A stretch of 64,000 nucleotides of DNA from Eledone cirrhosa (GCA_964016885.1 OZ024742.1:287308001-287372000); one strand, 5' to 3'. Counted from the stretch's first letter, positions 1 to 13,260 are shown. A program made the numbers and translations. Notes: generated from the letters alone by a model not told the origin.

Positions 1-1345
1 AGGGGTATCTGACGGACATTTGGGTCTCTGATTTGTTGACTGTGTATCCGTGCACGTTCCGATAGTGCATTTCCAGTTTGACCGACATATAGTTCTTCAC
101 AATTCGGGCATTTAATGCAGTAAATTAGATTTCTGCTTTTGCAGTTCATATTTGCATTTGGGAATATTTTTCCAGTTTTTGTTTTCATATATTGACCGGC
201 GTGTATGGATTGACATGTGCCGCATCGACTATCATTGCATTTAGATACAGTGAATGATTGGTCTTTGTTGTTAAGGTCAAACTTTGCTTTTGTTAGTAAT
301 TGCTTCACATTTTTTGGCTGTCTTTTACTAAGAGTCAAAGATCGATCTGTGTTTAAGCCTTTTAATTCATTACTTTGAGCAATGATCGGTAGGTTTGCTT
401 TGGCAGTGTTGAAGATATTCTGGTGACATGGGTTGTGTGTCATTATAAATGGTATGACCAGTTCTTGGTTTCTTCTTCCTTGGGTTGTCCTAAGTTGTTG
501 TATAGGTATTTTTATAGCCCGCTGTATGCCATTTTCTATAAGCAGAGATGGGTATTTTTGTTTGAGCAAATATTCTCTTAGTTCTGTTAGGCGTTTGTAC
601 CTGGTAATCGTATCTTCTACAATGGTACAAATTCTTCTGGCTAGGCAGTATGGGATGTTGCGTTTTGTATGAGGTGGATGGCACGACTTAAAATTCAGAT
701 ATTGATGGGTGTCTGTGTGTTTATAATATATATCCGTGGTAATGGTGGTGTCGTTTTTGATTATCATTATATCTAGGAATGGTAATTTGGTCCTACTCAT
801 CTCTTTTGTGAATTGGAGAGATGGGTGTAGGTTATTCAGGAGGATATTGAACTCGTCCAGAGTATCTAGAGATTCTGCCCAGATGATGAAACAGTCGTCA
901 AGGTATCTCTTCCAAGATTTTTCAATGTACTTTCTAAAGTCAGTACTATATTTTTCCTCTATTTCTTGGTAGAGTTTTTGTTCTAAGTATTCCATTACAG
1001 AGTTCACGTAAACGGGAGCAAACTTCGTTCCCATCGCTGTGCCTCTAATTTGGATATAATTCTTTCCATTGAAGAAGAAAGTGTTATTTTCCAGAATAAG
1101 TTTAACTGCGTCTAATATAAATGGCGCTGTGAATCTGATGGGAATCACTTCTCTATGTTTTTCCACCCAGTATCTAACCGCCTTTATTCCTAAATCATGT
1201 GTAATGTTGGTGTAAAGGCTTACCACATCAAAACTGAGTAGAAGTGAATTCGTTTCCGTGGTTTTGGGAAGATGGGACAGGAAGTCGATATCATCCCGGA
1301 TGAAACTGGGTATGTGAATACATAGTGGTTTCAAAATAATGTCAA
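1..1345 (-). mobile_element. Penelope-like element (Neptune-type), 5'-truncated RT + GIY-YIG endonuclease; frame runs off window start
   Basis: Manual translation gives an open frame: SFDVVSLYTNI, GTAMGTKFAP, WKRYLDDCF, LPFLD, Cys linker KCNDSRCGTC, LIYCIKCPNC..YVGQTG..ERARIH. Abuts (TA)/(TATG)n. Confidence 0.88.
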
Positions 1346-1347
1346 CA

Positions 1348-1371
1348 TATATATATAATTATATATAATTA

Positions 1372-1407
<36 letters not shown>

Positions 1408-1481
1408 TGTATGTATGTATGTATGTATGTATGTATGTATGTATGTATGTATGTATGTATGTATGTATGTATGTATGTATG
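1348..1481. repeat. (TA)n/(TATG)n microsatellite
   Basis: Direct tandem repeat. Confidence 0.95.
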
Positions 1482-4400
1482 TTCTTCTGATTTTATAATT
1501 TCACAAATTTTTGCCAATAGAGAGAGAGTCGGTTTCTAACATAGACGCAAGACTCTCTCATTGGAATTTACACAACATCAACTAGGTAGATATGTATGCA
1601 TGTCTGCTTGCATGCATGTGTAGATATGGATGTTATTGTATGTGTGGATGTGGATGTTTTGAGTTGTATGTGTGCATGTGTATATGCTTAGTATCTGTAC
1701 ATGTGTATATGCAGTTATTAGATGCAAAGTTTTTGGAATCTTTTACATACTTTTACTGTTCCATTAATGGATTGTACTTGTAATTTCCTAACTAGTTGTG
1801 TTTTTTCTGTTCCTGTGAAGCCCAGCTTCTCAAAATTTGTATTGAGGCAGTTACTAACATATCGCAGTGCCCCAATAATCACAGGCATAAATCTGAAGGT
1901 ATAATCAGGGTGGAGTATCTACAGATTTCTCATCAGTTCTGCATAAATACTCTCCTTTTCGCTAATCTTTGATATTATATTAACATCTGCTGAACAGCTA
2001 ACTTTCACTACTGTGCATGTCTTCTTTTCCCTGTCACATATCATAATATCTGGTCTGTTATGCCTGCATTTTATTGGGGTTTTTACTGGAACATTCCACC
2101 AGTACTCTTTCATATTATGTATATATATGTCTTCCACATTGCTGTAGCTTGTGTTTATTATCGGGGCCATATTTTTTACGAACCGCATTGTACAGTGTTT
2201 TGGCCACTACACCATGCCTCATAGGTAGATAGTAACGCGATGACATCTTTGGACAGCTGCTTATGATATGGGTGACATATTCGATGATAATTCTTCAGAA
2301 TCTGCACTTGTTATCACATCTAGCTGTTTTGCCAGCATCCCTATCTTTTTTGTGAATCAGGTATTTCGTGTTGATTTCCTGTTCTTGGATTGCAAAAGCG
2401 TATCCTTCAAAGTGGGAGCCAATATAGCGGTTGTTGGTCCAAGATAGGCTACATTCTTTATCTATATGTCTGGAGCTTCCTGGCAAAATATCCATGCATG
2501 ATTTTTTTGCTGATAGGCATGGAATTTTTCATCCATGGATTCACTGCGATACTGCTGAGAAACTTCCCTGGGTGTGAGTTTTAGATTATCACACAGTTTT
2601 TGATAACTCTCATGATCTTATCTGTTTCATGCAGATAGACTTGCTCGAGAGACGGGCTCCTACGCTTTGAGGTCCGTAGATTGTGTTGGAGAGATATGAT
2701 GCGACATTCAAATGCTGTCTGGACTGATGTTAGGCCACTGCCTCCCTCCTTACGTTTCAAGTAAAGGCGGTCTATGTCACTGTTGATGTGGAAGATTCCG
2801 GTGTTGTTTAGTATTTTTCGAATTCTAACATCAATCGCTTGGATTTCGTCTATCGTCCAATTGAGTATTCCAAAAGTTGGTGTTAGGACAGGTACAGCAA
2901 ACACATGGTGAGCCACTGTTTTGTTTTGCGCAGAGAGTTCCGATGACCATATCTTTCTTAATCGGGTGTAGTATTACCTGGTTACGCGTTCCTTATTATA
3001 GATACCATTATAGGATATGTTATCATCTATCCCCATGTATCTGTAGCAGTCCTCATCAGTTATCAGTGAAACAGTTAGGCCATTGATGACAATGTTGCTA
3101 GGTGGGTTGTTGTTTTTCCCCGCTTTACAGTCATATATGAGCATTTATCTTGGCCAAACTCCATTCCTATATCCTTTGAGAATATTGTAATCTGGTCAAG
3201 ATTTTTCTTCATCCCATCCATGTTTTTGGCATAGAGTTTCAGATCATCCACAAAGAAATTATGCGTTAGGTTCGTATTTCTGTCCTCCTGTGAGCCAATG
3301 ATGTATCCTTCACATTTCTTGAGCAGAAAGGACAAGGGGTTTAAAGACAGGATAAATAATATCACAGAGAGACTGTCTCCCTGAAATATACCCCTGCGAT
3401 ATTTTATTTTATCAGTGAAAATAGAGTCCTCCTTCTCTGTCTTTAACTTTAGGATAGTAGCCCAAGATGAAGACAGCTTCTCTATGGCTCTGATAATAAT
3501 GTCTGGGACTTTAGCAAGTTGGAGGGCCTCTATCATCCAAGAGTGGGTAACAGAATCGACTGTGGTCCAGCCAGACTGTAGTCATATTCCTCCTAAGTTG
3601 TCGCACCTCCGATATCGCAGTTTTGTTGATTAGGAGTTGTTCAGCACATCCCCAAACCCCTTTCTTTCCAGCTGCTTGTTCATCTGTGATGATGTTATTA
3701 TTTTCACAGTGATCTTGGAGGAATAGGTTCAGGCAGGCTGTATACATCTTATACATCAGGTTCTGGCATGCAATGGGTCGGTAGTTTTTTGCCAGGTGGG
3801 TGTTTTTGTTCTTGTGAACCAGTAATGTTTGTGCTAATGTCAACCATTCTGGTATAAGTGTATCTCCCTTAAGAACTTGTTGGTAGAGGTCGGTAAGATA
3901 CTTCCGATAGAATATCAGTTTTTTGTACCAGTAGCCGACAATCATGTCTCTTCCTGGTGTTTTCTTATCTTGGAGTTTTCCTATCACAGTCTCAAGGGTA
4001 CCCTCACTTATTTCGTATGTTTTTGTTGTAGTGTAGGAGCAATAGTTCTTTTGGATTTCTTTAAGCCACACTGCATCTTGGTTGAAATTCTTCTTTTCAC
4101 CCCATATTTATCTCCAAAAGGAATCTATGTCTTTCTGGGATGGGGCCTCAGTGACACTTATTATTTTGCCCTTCATATCTCTATAGACTGATGTTTGGTT
4201 TCGTCTGAATCTTTTACTAAGCACTTTTCTTTCATCTACCTTCTTCAGGTATCGACTTTTTTCGCTAACAGCTTTCAATCCTTGTTTGAGGGTGATCAAC
4301 TTATATTGAAGAGTTCTGGTTCTACTGTTACTAAACATCGTCTCTATTTTATTTTTCACTCTTTGTTAGTGAGGAGTGAAGTTTTTTGGTATTTGTTTGC

Positions 4401-4500
4401 ATGTAAGGAGCATTGTCACATATCCTATGGTTTTTCGTAGGTCAGCAATCTTTTTTTTCTATTTTAGTTATATATGATGGTATTTTTGGTGGTGTTGTGT
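1482..4500 (-). mobile_element. R4/Dong-type non-LTR retrotransposon (RT + REL endonuclease), frameshifted
   Basis: ORF pieces NYRPIAC, GIFQGDSLS, FFVDDLKLY, DNKCRF, HNRPDIMICD..TVVKVSC; 3' UTR ends at (CATA)n. Confidence 0.88.
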
Positions 4501-4530
4501 TCTTGTTAATATCTCTGCTATCACCAAGAT

Positions 4531-4717
4531 AATTGTTTCTACTTTAGGCACAAGGCCAGCAATTACCCAGTGCATTACTGGTACTTTATTTTATCGACCC
4601 CGTAAGGATGAAAGGCAAAGTCAACCTCGGCGGGATTTGAACTCAGATCGTAAAGGGACGTAACTATGCTGGAAAGCATGGCGTCCGACCCTCTACCGAT
4701 ACTGCCAATCCACCGCC
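4531..4717 (-). mobile_element. tRNA-derived SINE (family 1)
   Basis: Minus strand GGCGGTGGATTGGCAGTATCGG (A-box-like) and GAGTTCAAATCC (B-box); many near-identical copies in window. Confidence 0.85.
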
Positions 4718-4755
4718 GTGGATAATGCACCAAGATAATGCTTCACTGTCGTTGC

Positions 4756-4787
<32 letters not shown>

Positions 4788-4820
4788 TGTATGTATGTAT
4801 GTATGTATGTATGTATGTAT

Positions 4821-5680
4821 TTTATCTCTTTCTCTTAATTTCAAGTATATTTTTTTGACCGGCCACCTTCCTGGTGGCAAGGTTGTAAAAGAAAAGAAAT
4901 TGTCATCCCTTGAATCGCAAGAATGTTTTGCAAATTTTGAAGGTGCCAGCTATCGCAGCCATTTGTAGACTATGAATTAGGGAGCTGCGCTCTTTTTCCG
5001 CAAATCCAAGTTCAGTCATACTTTGGTCCAAGTGGGTTGGTATATAACCCGTAGCTCCAATAATGATGGGTATGAAGCTAAAGGTGTATCTTGGATACTG
5101 GATTTGTAAACTCCTCATCAATGGCCCGTAGATGTCCTCCTTCTCCTGTATTTTTCTGCCAACGTTTACATCAAGTGGGCAGCTGATCTCCACAACAGAA
5201 CACGTTTTCAATGTGTGGTCCCAAACAACAATATCAGGCCGGTTGTGCTTTAATTTGGTGGTAGTTTTTATTTTCAGGTTCCACTAGTATTCCTTAGTGC
5301 CATCTGTCTCAATATATTCTTCCTCGTTTGTTGTTAATTTTGTTTTCCGAAGTGCGTTCCAGATGGTTCTAGCTATCCCATCGTGTCTCCTGGGGAGATA
5401 GTAGCGAGATGACATTCTTTCGCAGCTGGCAACAATGTGGCTTACATCCTCGATCGTTGTTTTACATAGCCAACATTTATTGTCAGCTGATGCCCTCCCC
5501 TTTTGTGCAGCAGATATTTGGTAGGGAGTTCTTGTTCCTATATTGCATAGAGATATCCCTCAAGGTGTGATGTCATAAACCTGTCGGAACTCCATGCCAG
5601 GCTTTTTGAGTGGTTATCACCTCTATGGTCTGTGTTTTACGTCTCAAGTATCCATGCACAACTTTTTCTGTAAATTGGTC
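4821..5680 (-). mobile_element. R4/Dong-type LINE 3' fragment (Zn knuckle + REL), flanked both sides by (TATG)n
   Basis: HNRPDIVVWD..KTCSVVEISCP motif; (TATG)n at about 4758-4820 and 5681-5748. Confidence 0.85.
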
Positions 5681-5830
5681 ATGTATGTATGTATGTATGT
5701 ATGTATGTATGTATGTATGTATGTATGTATGTATGTATGTATGTATGTAGTTCAAGAATAAACAAAATAAATACTGAGATGCAAAAACACAAAGTCTTCA
5801 TAGGCTCACGCTTAGGATGAAGTAAGTGAG

Positions 5831-5868
5831 GGTTTCAACGTATCGGGCATAAGTCTTTCTTCAAGAAA
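5831..5868 (-). ncRNA. Degenerate minimal hammerhead-like motif in pLTR-like repeat
   Basis: rc: TTTC TTGAAGA aagac-ttat-gccc GATA CGTT GAAA; two core deviations. Confidence 0.3.
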
Positions 5869-6699
5869 TAGTTCGGAGAGAAGGCTGGAAAGAAAATTAT
5901 ATTTAAGAGGATACGTGAGTAGTCCGGTGTGCGGGGATGGGGGGGGGGGGGGGGGCAGAGTCCAGGTGTGTTGTGGATGCTGTTACGTGTGTGCAGGTGC
6001 AGTGCATTTCGTGGGTGTGCATTACTTCTTCGGTGTGTGTGTGTGATTTATGTATTGTTGACGGAAGTGTGCGCGTGTATGTATCTGTGTGCGTCTGTGA
6101 ATTCTTTATGTAGTTTTTTTGTGTGAGTGTTTTTGTACACATGCGCGCGCGCGTGTGTATGTATGTATGATTATGTATGAGTGTGTGTATATACGCGTGT
6201 GTGTGTCTGTGAATTTTTTAATGTATTTTTATGTGTGTTTGTGTACATGCTTGTGCCTGTGTGCGTATATATGTGCATGCTTGTGATTTTTTAAATGCAT
6301 TTTTATGAGTGCATGTGTGTACACATTTTTGTGTTTCGGTGAGCTTTTGCCGTTATTAGCCTGTGTATATGAATGTGTTTATGCGTGTGTGTGCTTAAGC
6401 ATGTATGACTGTTTATATCCGTATACGGTATAATCCGGAGCTGGAATCGAAGCATACGGGAAGGAATGGTGTACAGTGGTCAAAGCTGGGCTATTTCAGG
6501 AAGTAGTCAGAGGAGGGGTGGATGGTTTGACTGTGTGTTGTGCTCGTTAGAAAATATCTTGAATATTCTTTTATTCAATTGCCATGTATAGATGTGATAT
6601 TTTCAGCTTCTGAAATGTGAAAACTCGTGATGTTTTCATGTATCACATGTATTGGCCGGTTTCAAACGTCGTAAATGAACCTCATATATAGAATAAGGC

Positions 6700-8480
6700 A
6701 GAAGAAACCTTTCAGTCTACTCCTCTCATCATGGTAGAATGGGTAATTTACAAAAAAGCCATCCAACAATTTTCAAAATATTTTACTTAATGATATATGA
6801 AAATAAAAAAAAAAAATACTACAAAGCTCATTCATATTTCTTTGGGAAAAAAGCAAAAATATTTATGAAATTGATAGACACACTTATAGACACATTTGTT
6901 ACAATATCAACAATATCACAGACACCTATGAGAATACCAAACTCTTGTGCTTACTATGCTATTAATTTTGAAGCAAAAGAAATAGCTACTAGTTTGAAAA
7001 TAGACTGCAAATTAGTGTCAGGTGATCCAGAAACTACTTTTAAAGATCACAAATCTATCTATTTTTAGTCAATCCCAAATGAAGATTAATAAATTCAGGC
7101 GAGAAATATGATATAGGTAGGGCCAGTAAAATAATCTAGATCTCATTATTTTCAACATTAATCTTTAAATTTCATTATGGAATAATATATCACCTGTTAT
7201 CAAGATAATAAACTCATTTGTAAATGTATGCAATTTCATATAGCAGAGTCCTATCTAGTTATAATCAAATAACTTCTTCAAAAGCTTTAGGATTCAGCCG
7301 AAGTTTTATTTCAATTAGTGACTCGGTCATTAACATTAATATGCACGCGAAGAAAGTTTTGCTATTTTACGATGATTCTTTATGGATTAAGCACAGTAAT
7401 AATAAATAGTTTGATGTAGCCATGGGATTAGAGTTTTTGAATTTATAAGGTTATAAATCTTAGGTCTACTCCAGAAAAGATCCTGTTTCCGAGAGTTTTG
7501 ACTTTATCGTGATGATGGATTATTTATTTGAAGAAGCACGTATGGTCATTCAAAGGATACTGTACTGAAGGGTCCATCAATATAGTCAAAGTATTACATT
7601 TAAAGATTACAGTAGACACGAATCTATGCATATTTAATTCGTTAAATATAACTGTAGATTTAGGCACTGGCAAATGTTTTCTTTTTAGTAAATTTATCAA
7701 GGTTGCGTTATAATAATATAAATTTCAACCGTTGTCCAATAATACTTAATAATTTAGTTATTAAAATTAATGCATATCCAGGACATCCGAGATATCCTTT
7801 AAACAACGCCGCATTAAAAAGCAGTGGGTTCAATGATAAAATATATTACATATAAAAGAACAAATAATCATAAACGCAAAAACTAAAAACAAAATGTTCC
7901 TTCCAATAATGCCAAGATTTTCCTGTAAATAAGCATTTCACCACAGATCATAAATACCAAAGCAACTTGAATAAAATATATAGTTAAAGTGAACCACAGT
8001 TACAACGAAATCAGCGCCGCTTTATACATAGAAAATAAAACTTTTCATTACAAACAGGCAAGTCTTGTCTATGTCATTGCAACAACCGTTACATCTGACC
8101 TCTAAAAGGCGTGTGTCTTTCTAAAACATTAGTTTATCAAGCTAAGGTCAACTTTGCAGATAACAGTGAAACAAAAAGCTATATAAGGCTTAGTGAACAT
8201 TCGTTAAAAGAATTCTTGCGATATATGTATACATTCAGAAATAGGCAACAGTGCACCACTAATAAAATTTACATGGAGTTTAAAGGGTGCAAATGAAAGC
8301 TATTATAAAATAAATTACTCCATTATAGAATACGCTTTCTCCTATATGAGTGTCTTATAAGGTGTGAGCTCTGTCTCTCGGAGAAGAATAACATTCTATA
8401 GCTCCCTTTTGAACTTCGAATAAAAGACAGAACTTTGTGAATTCTTGCAAAAACACTCGTTGTTATTTATTGAGAAGTTT
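6700..8480 (+). pseudogene. Heavily decayed PLE (KDHK/CxC type) RT + GIY-YIG
   Basis: Remnants TFKDHK, YRDDGL, CLSKTLVYQAKV..SYIRLSE, CELCLSEK; many stops. Confidence 0.7.
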
Positions 8481-8761
8481 CCTAATATCAACGAGGTAAA
8501 ATACTTTATTTGCTACACAATTAATTTGCCATAGATGGTTATATATATTTAAAACATTCATTCATTCAACACTAAAATTCTATATATGTAAAGTATACAC
8601 AAACACACACACATACACACACGCACGCACGCACTCACGCACGCGGGCATGCACGCACACACACATATATAAGTCAAGGGGACAAGAAACGAACAAACAA
8701 GAGGATGTAATAACATGAAGTGTATTAGTTTCACGCTCGGATGAAAAAGAATAAATTACAT

Positions 8762-8798
8762 AGTCAACGTATCGGGCATTTGCCCTTCATCAGGAATA
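8762..8798 (-). ncRNA. Minimal hammerhead-like motif (GAUA instead of GAAA)
   Basis: rc: TTC CTGATGA A GGGC aaat GCCC GATA CGTT GAC. Confidence 0.4.
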
Positions 8799-8873
8799 AC
8801 TCAATAAGAAAATTGCAAAGGAAATAGCGTTAAAGAATAAAAAAATACAAATAAAATGTTAAAATAAAATTAG

Positions 8874-8909
<36 letters not shown>

Positions 8910-9439
8910 TTACACTTAAGGCTGTACGATGAAAAACATACACTAAGGTGAAGTTGTTTAATACTAATGTATTAATGAAATAAGGTGATGTTTGAACTCA
9001 ACGTTTAGCTGTTGGCGCCATTGTTGCTTCACTTCATCTAATGACAACAAACGCTTAGAAAAAGGTGGAAATAAACTTCGTTTCCCGGCAACACGTTATG
9101 CTCACATATAAAGATATGGTACTACTTAAGTGTGCGTGAGTACGTGTATGTGTGTATGTGTGTATGCATTTCCGCTTGTGTGTTTATTTACACACACTTG
9201 TATGTATACATGCAGTTATATATATCGCTCAGGTGAACTAAGATTAGACTGTCTAGGTTAATGTCCACCTGTCTACTATGTCTATGTAAATCAAACAAAT
9301 GGGAAGAATGAACCTCAAATATACTATACCAAAAGGAAAATATGGAATATCTACCATAAATTACCACACAGGACATCTAGATGTTTCCGTGACTATGCAC
9401 CTCGTTATCTGTTGTACTCAAGACAGTTACTCAATTAGT

Positions 9440-9639
9440 NNNNNNNNNNNNNNNNNNNNNNNNNNNNNNNNNNNNNNNNNNNNNNNNNNNNNNNNNNNNN
9501 NNNNNNNNNNNNNNNNNNNNNNNNNNNNNNNNNNNNNNNNNNNNNNNNNNNNNNNNNNNNNNNNNNNNNNNNNNNNNNNNNNNNNNNNNNNNNNNNNNNN
9601 NNNNNNNNNNNNNNNNNNNNNNNNNNNNNNNNNNNNNNN
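9440..9639. other. Assembly gap (200 N)
   Basis: N run. Confidence 1.
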
Positions 9640-9709
9640 ATACACACACACACACCCACACCCACGCACACACACAAAATATATATATTGAGTGAGTGTG
9701 AACGACCAA

Positions 9710-10032
9710 AGGTCATTATTGAAAGACTCTGGATTTCACAAAATACATAATATTTTTTATTAGAGAAGGTAAAATATTTTTCCGCAAACAATTGATTTCA
9801 CTGTTTTGTTTCCACCTATGTATTTTTTGAAAATGCTATTTATTCATTATAAAAATTAAATGATAGCATTCTATATATAGGTGGTCCCCCTTCATTGGCA
9901 ACCAATATTTTTGGACCTAGTCCGCCACTGTCTATGTATATATATAATGCCAATCATTGTAAGTTTGAATCTGACATGCAAAAACATATATAAAGGAATA
10001 CGGTAAGCCAAAATCATAGTAGATCCAAATAT

Positions 10033-10105
<73 letters not shown>

Positions 10106-10874
10106 GGGGAGAAATGAAGTGCAACAGAAATGAAACATGGATTACAGGTTAAAATATAATCTAGATAGATGTGAAACAAAACGAGAATGTAGTTTATGGA
10201 ACACCCAAGTGATTTAGAAGTCGACCTTAAGTAGGACATGAACGATACCACAACACTTTGGTTTGAAAATTTTGAAAGTAAGTTTATATGTATGAATTTT
10301 CATAAGATTTTCGTAGATGTCACTGTGGCCTAGCAGTAGGTACTAGAGAAGGTGGAGATTCTGGCTTTGGTTTCAATCCTGGTCACGAGGTACATGTAAC
10401 CTTTTTCAGTTTTTATTTTACAACCAATAGAAAAAAACTGAAAATGTTTATCGGGATCCCTACTCCCGACCAGGATCGAACTTCAGACCAGGATCATCAC
10501 CGTCTATTATTCCCCCAAGTAGGCCACCGAGACAGCTACAAAAGTGTAATGAAAATTGATAATTATAAACCTACTTTCAAAATGAAAGTTTAAAAGATCT
10601 GGTGTCGTTCATGGCTTTTCTAGAGCTATTAGTAATATTTAGGTTCGACATCTGGTCATTATTGAAAGTCTCTGGATTTCGCAAAATACATAATATTTTT
10701 TATTGGAGAAGGTAAGATATTTTTCCGCAAAAATTTGATTGAACTGTTTTGTTTCCACTTAAGTATTTTTCGAAAATGTTATTTATTCATTATAAAAATT
10801 AAATGGTAGCATTCTATATTTAGGTGGGCCCCCTTCATCTCTTGGCAACCAATATTTTTAGACCCAGTGCGCCA

Positions 10875-10906
<32 letters not shown>

Positions 10907-11124
10907 GAAAAAGTATGACCCCGACGGCAGAGCTCAAGCCGTTTGACGGCTATTTCTGGACCAGAAATAGCCGTCGAAACGGCTTGAGCTCTGCCGTCGG
11001 GGTCATACTTTTTCCTATTTCGAAAATGTTATTTATTCATTATAAAAATTAAATGGTAGCATTCTATATTTAGGTGGGCCCCCTTCATCTCTTGGCAACC
11101 AATATTTTTAGACCCAGTGCGTCA

Positions 11125-11127
<3 letters not shown>
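9710..11127. repeat. Direct-repeated unit ending ...CGCCACTG(TA)n (about 9710-9930, 10655-10877, 11020-11127) with internal fold-back
   Basis: Three similar copies in the same orientation; imperfect inverted repeat about 10210-10650. Confidence 0.7.
10903..11018. repeat. ~115-bp near-perfect palindrome carrying 3' half of a hammerhead (family A)
   Basis: Centre CTGG-A-CCAG; arm has GAAACGGC-ttgagctct-GCCGTC-GGGGTC. Confidence 0.9.
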
Positions 11128-11172
<45 letters not shown>

Positions 11173-11177
<5 letters not shown>

Positions 11178-11370
11178 AAAAAGTATGACCCCCGACAGCA
11201 GAGCTCAAGCCGTTTCGACGGCTATTTCTGGTCCAGAAATAGCCGTCGAAACGGCTTGAGCTCTGCCGTCGGGGTCATACTTTTTCCTATTTCCCACTCT
11301 ACTACCCTAAGTATTGAGTACTCTGGTGCGTTATGGTCCATCTGGTTCCTTACCACATTTCCTTTGTTAT
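11173..11370. repeat. Second family A palindrome plus downstream tail
   Basis: Centre CTGG-T-CCAG; tail shared with 47955-48095 and 55277-55415. Confidence 0.9.
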
Positions 11371-11384
11371 ATATATATATATAT

Positions 11385-12575
11385 ATTGGATTGAACCATA
11401 AATATTTCCTATCTAAGGATTTTCTGGAGTTTCTATGGGTCTCTATATTAGTGTTCGGTTCGGCTAATTCTCGTGCCCGTTGCCTATTTCCATGTTTAGT
11501 TCTATATTTGTTATTCCTATAGGTGCAGGTAGTGTAGTTGTCGTTAGGTTTGTAGTTGCTGTCTCTATCTGGTATGTATTCGAGCTCCTCCTTGTGGCCT
11601 GTCTTATGTAAAGCTATGTTAAAGTAGTTTGCATGTTCATTAAAAATCTCTAGGTTAGAAGATAGTATTTCCCTCAGAATATCCCGCCTATGTGCTATCG
11701 AGTTAATTATGGAGCGAGGGTGGTTTGAGTTATAACTAATGTAGGCTAGATTCTCGTTATTTTTATGGAAAGGCTCTATTAGTCCTGTGTTTAGGTTGAG
11801 TGTTACATCTAAGAAGTTTGCTTTTTTAGAGCTAAGTTCGAAAATGATACCTGGGCCTAGTATATTGAAGAAAACTCTAATGTTTTTCCGTAATCTTTCC
11901 ATACTTTGATTATTCATGTTTTTAGTTAAAAGGAGCGTGTCGTCTCTATAAATTTCACCTTGGAGGTTATTAAATTCCTTATGTAAGTTATGCACTATAT
12001 ATATTCCAACTCTGTCTGTTACTTGTGCTGAGTCGCTAGATCCCATTGTAATATCGAAGTTATTCTGTCTGTTTTTTCGTTCCAAGTAACTATTTTCGAA
12101 TCTAATGCTAGTTCTCATAGCAGCTAGTATTATTCTAATTTCATCAGAGGTTAGGCCTGAATTTTTCCGGGAAAAGTCGAGCGCTTTATTTAGGGTGACT
12201 GGGGAGATGGAAAAGTAGTAGTCGTTGATATCGAACTGTATGAAGTTGGATGCTTCCCTACTGTCTATTTTGTTAAACCAATCTATTGCTTCATTAGTGT
12301 AGCTTAATTTCTAGTTTGTACTTGATCTGCGCTATTACTGTATCTAGTATATACTTGCTAATTCTACCTATATCTGACTTCGATGGACATATTAATCTAA
12401 TTCTAGGGTATGTTTCGAAATTATTGTTATGATCTTTTAAGTTAAATGTGGGGTTACAAGGGGTTAGAGGCTCGGTTCTATCAGATATTTTCATTTTTTT
12501 TACGATGCTAAATCCTTCCTTATTAATGTCCGTGAGTGTAGATTCGGTAGTTTTCCTGTATTTTTTGTGTGTATA
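11385..12575 (-). mobile_element. PLE RT fragment (KDH/YRDD type, probably Hydra clade)
   Basis: NLKDHNNNF..RLICPSKSDIG, ITMGSSDSAQVTD, IYRDD, NFLDVTLNL, LWFNP. Confidence 0.85.
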
Positions 12576-12664
12576 TGTATAACAGAGAATTTCAATAAAC
12601 GAAGCCAACTTTAACATGTTTCACTTACACTCATTATTTTATATATAAGAAGATTATTAATGTA

Positions 12665-12915
12665 GGCGGGAAGCCGCTACAATTGGGTGAGGACTTCCGC
12701 TATCTGGGAGCGAAGATTGGGAATACAGAAGATGATGTGGTCGAGAGGAAGAGTAAAGCCTTGGCGGCGTGCCATAGTTTGAGAACAGTGTGGAAGTCGG
12801 ACCTTCGTAAAGATCCGTCTCTTCGTTGCTCTGTGCTGCTGTACGGGTCTGAGACTTGGACACTGACCAAGAAAATCACTCAGATAGTGGATGGGTGCTA
12901 CACGAATACATATGC
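12665..12915 (+). pseudogene. LINE (RTE-like) RT C-terminal fragment
   Basis: FRYLGAKI..SVLLYGSETWTLTK. Confidence 0.7.
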
Positions 12916-13190
12916 ATAGAGAGTGACAGATAGATATAAATATACACACACAAACAAGACACACATGCACCACGATTTGGATCTGGGCATATCAACGAAT
13001 TAACGAGGTAAACTTTGTTCCAGCATTATGTTTTCCTGTTTTTTTCTGTTCAAGTTATATATATATATACTATTTATATTATGTTGTTTAAAGGCAAAGC
13101 ATCAGCGATTAGTGAAGGTTTGCCGTTACAATAACACCGAATTCTCTGTTTGTGTTCTCTGTAACCCTGTTGTCTTATATAACTAATTCT

Positions 13191-13260
13191 GCAACCAACA
13201 CCTGATGAAATCACCCAAGTCTTGCATCATGATCGGATGATGAAACTGGGCAATTGAAAT
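13191..13260 (+). ncRNA. Degenerate hammerhead motif
   Basis: CTGATGA-aATCA..TGAT-GAAAC; helices I and III poor. Confidence 0.35.

Noticed and set aside
9299-9791. ORFs spanning the N gap
   Set aside because: Open only because of Ns.
9710-11127. DNA transposon with CAGTGGCG TIRs
   Set aside because: All copies are in the same orientation; no partner inverted end visible (gap nearby).
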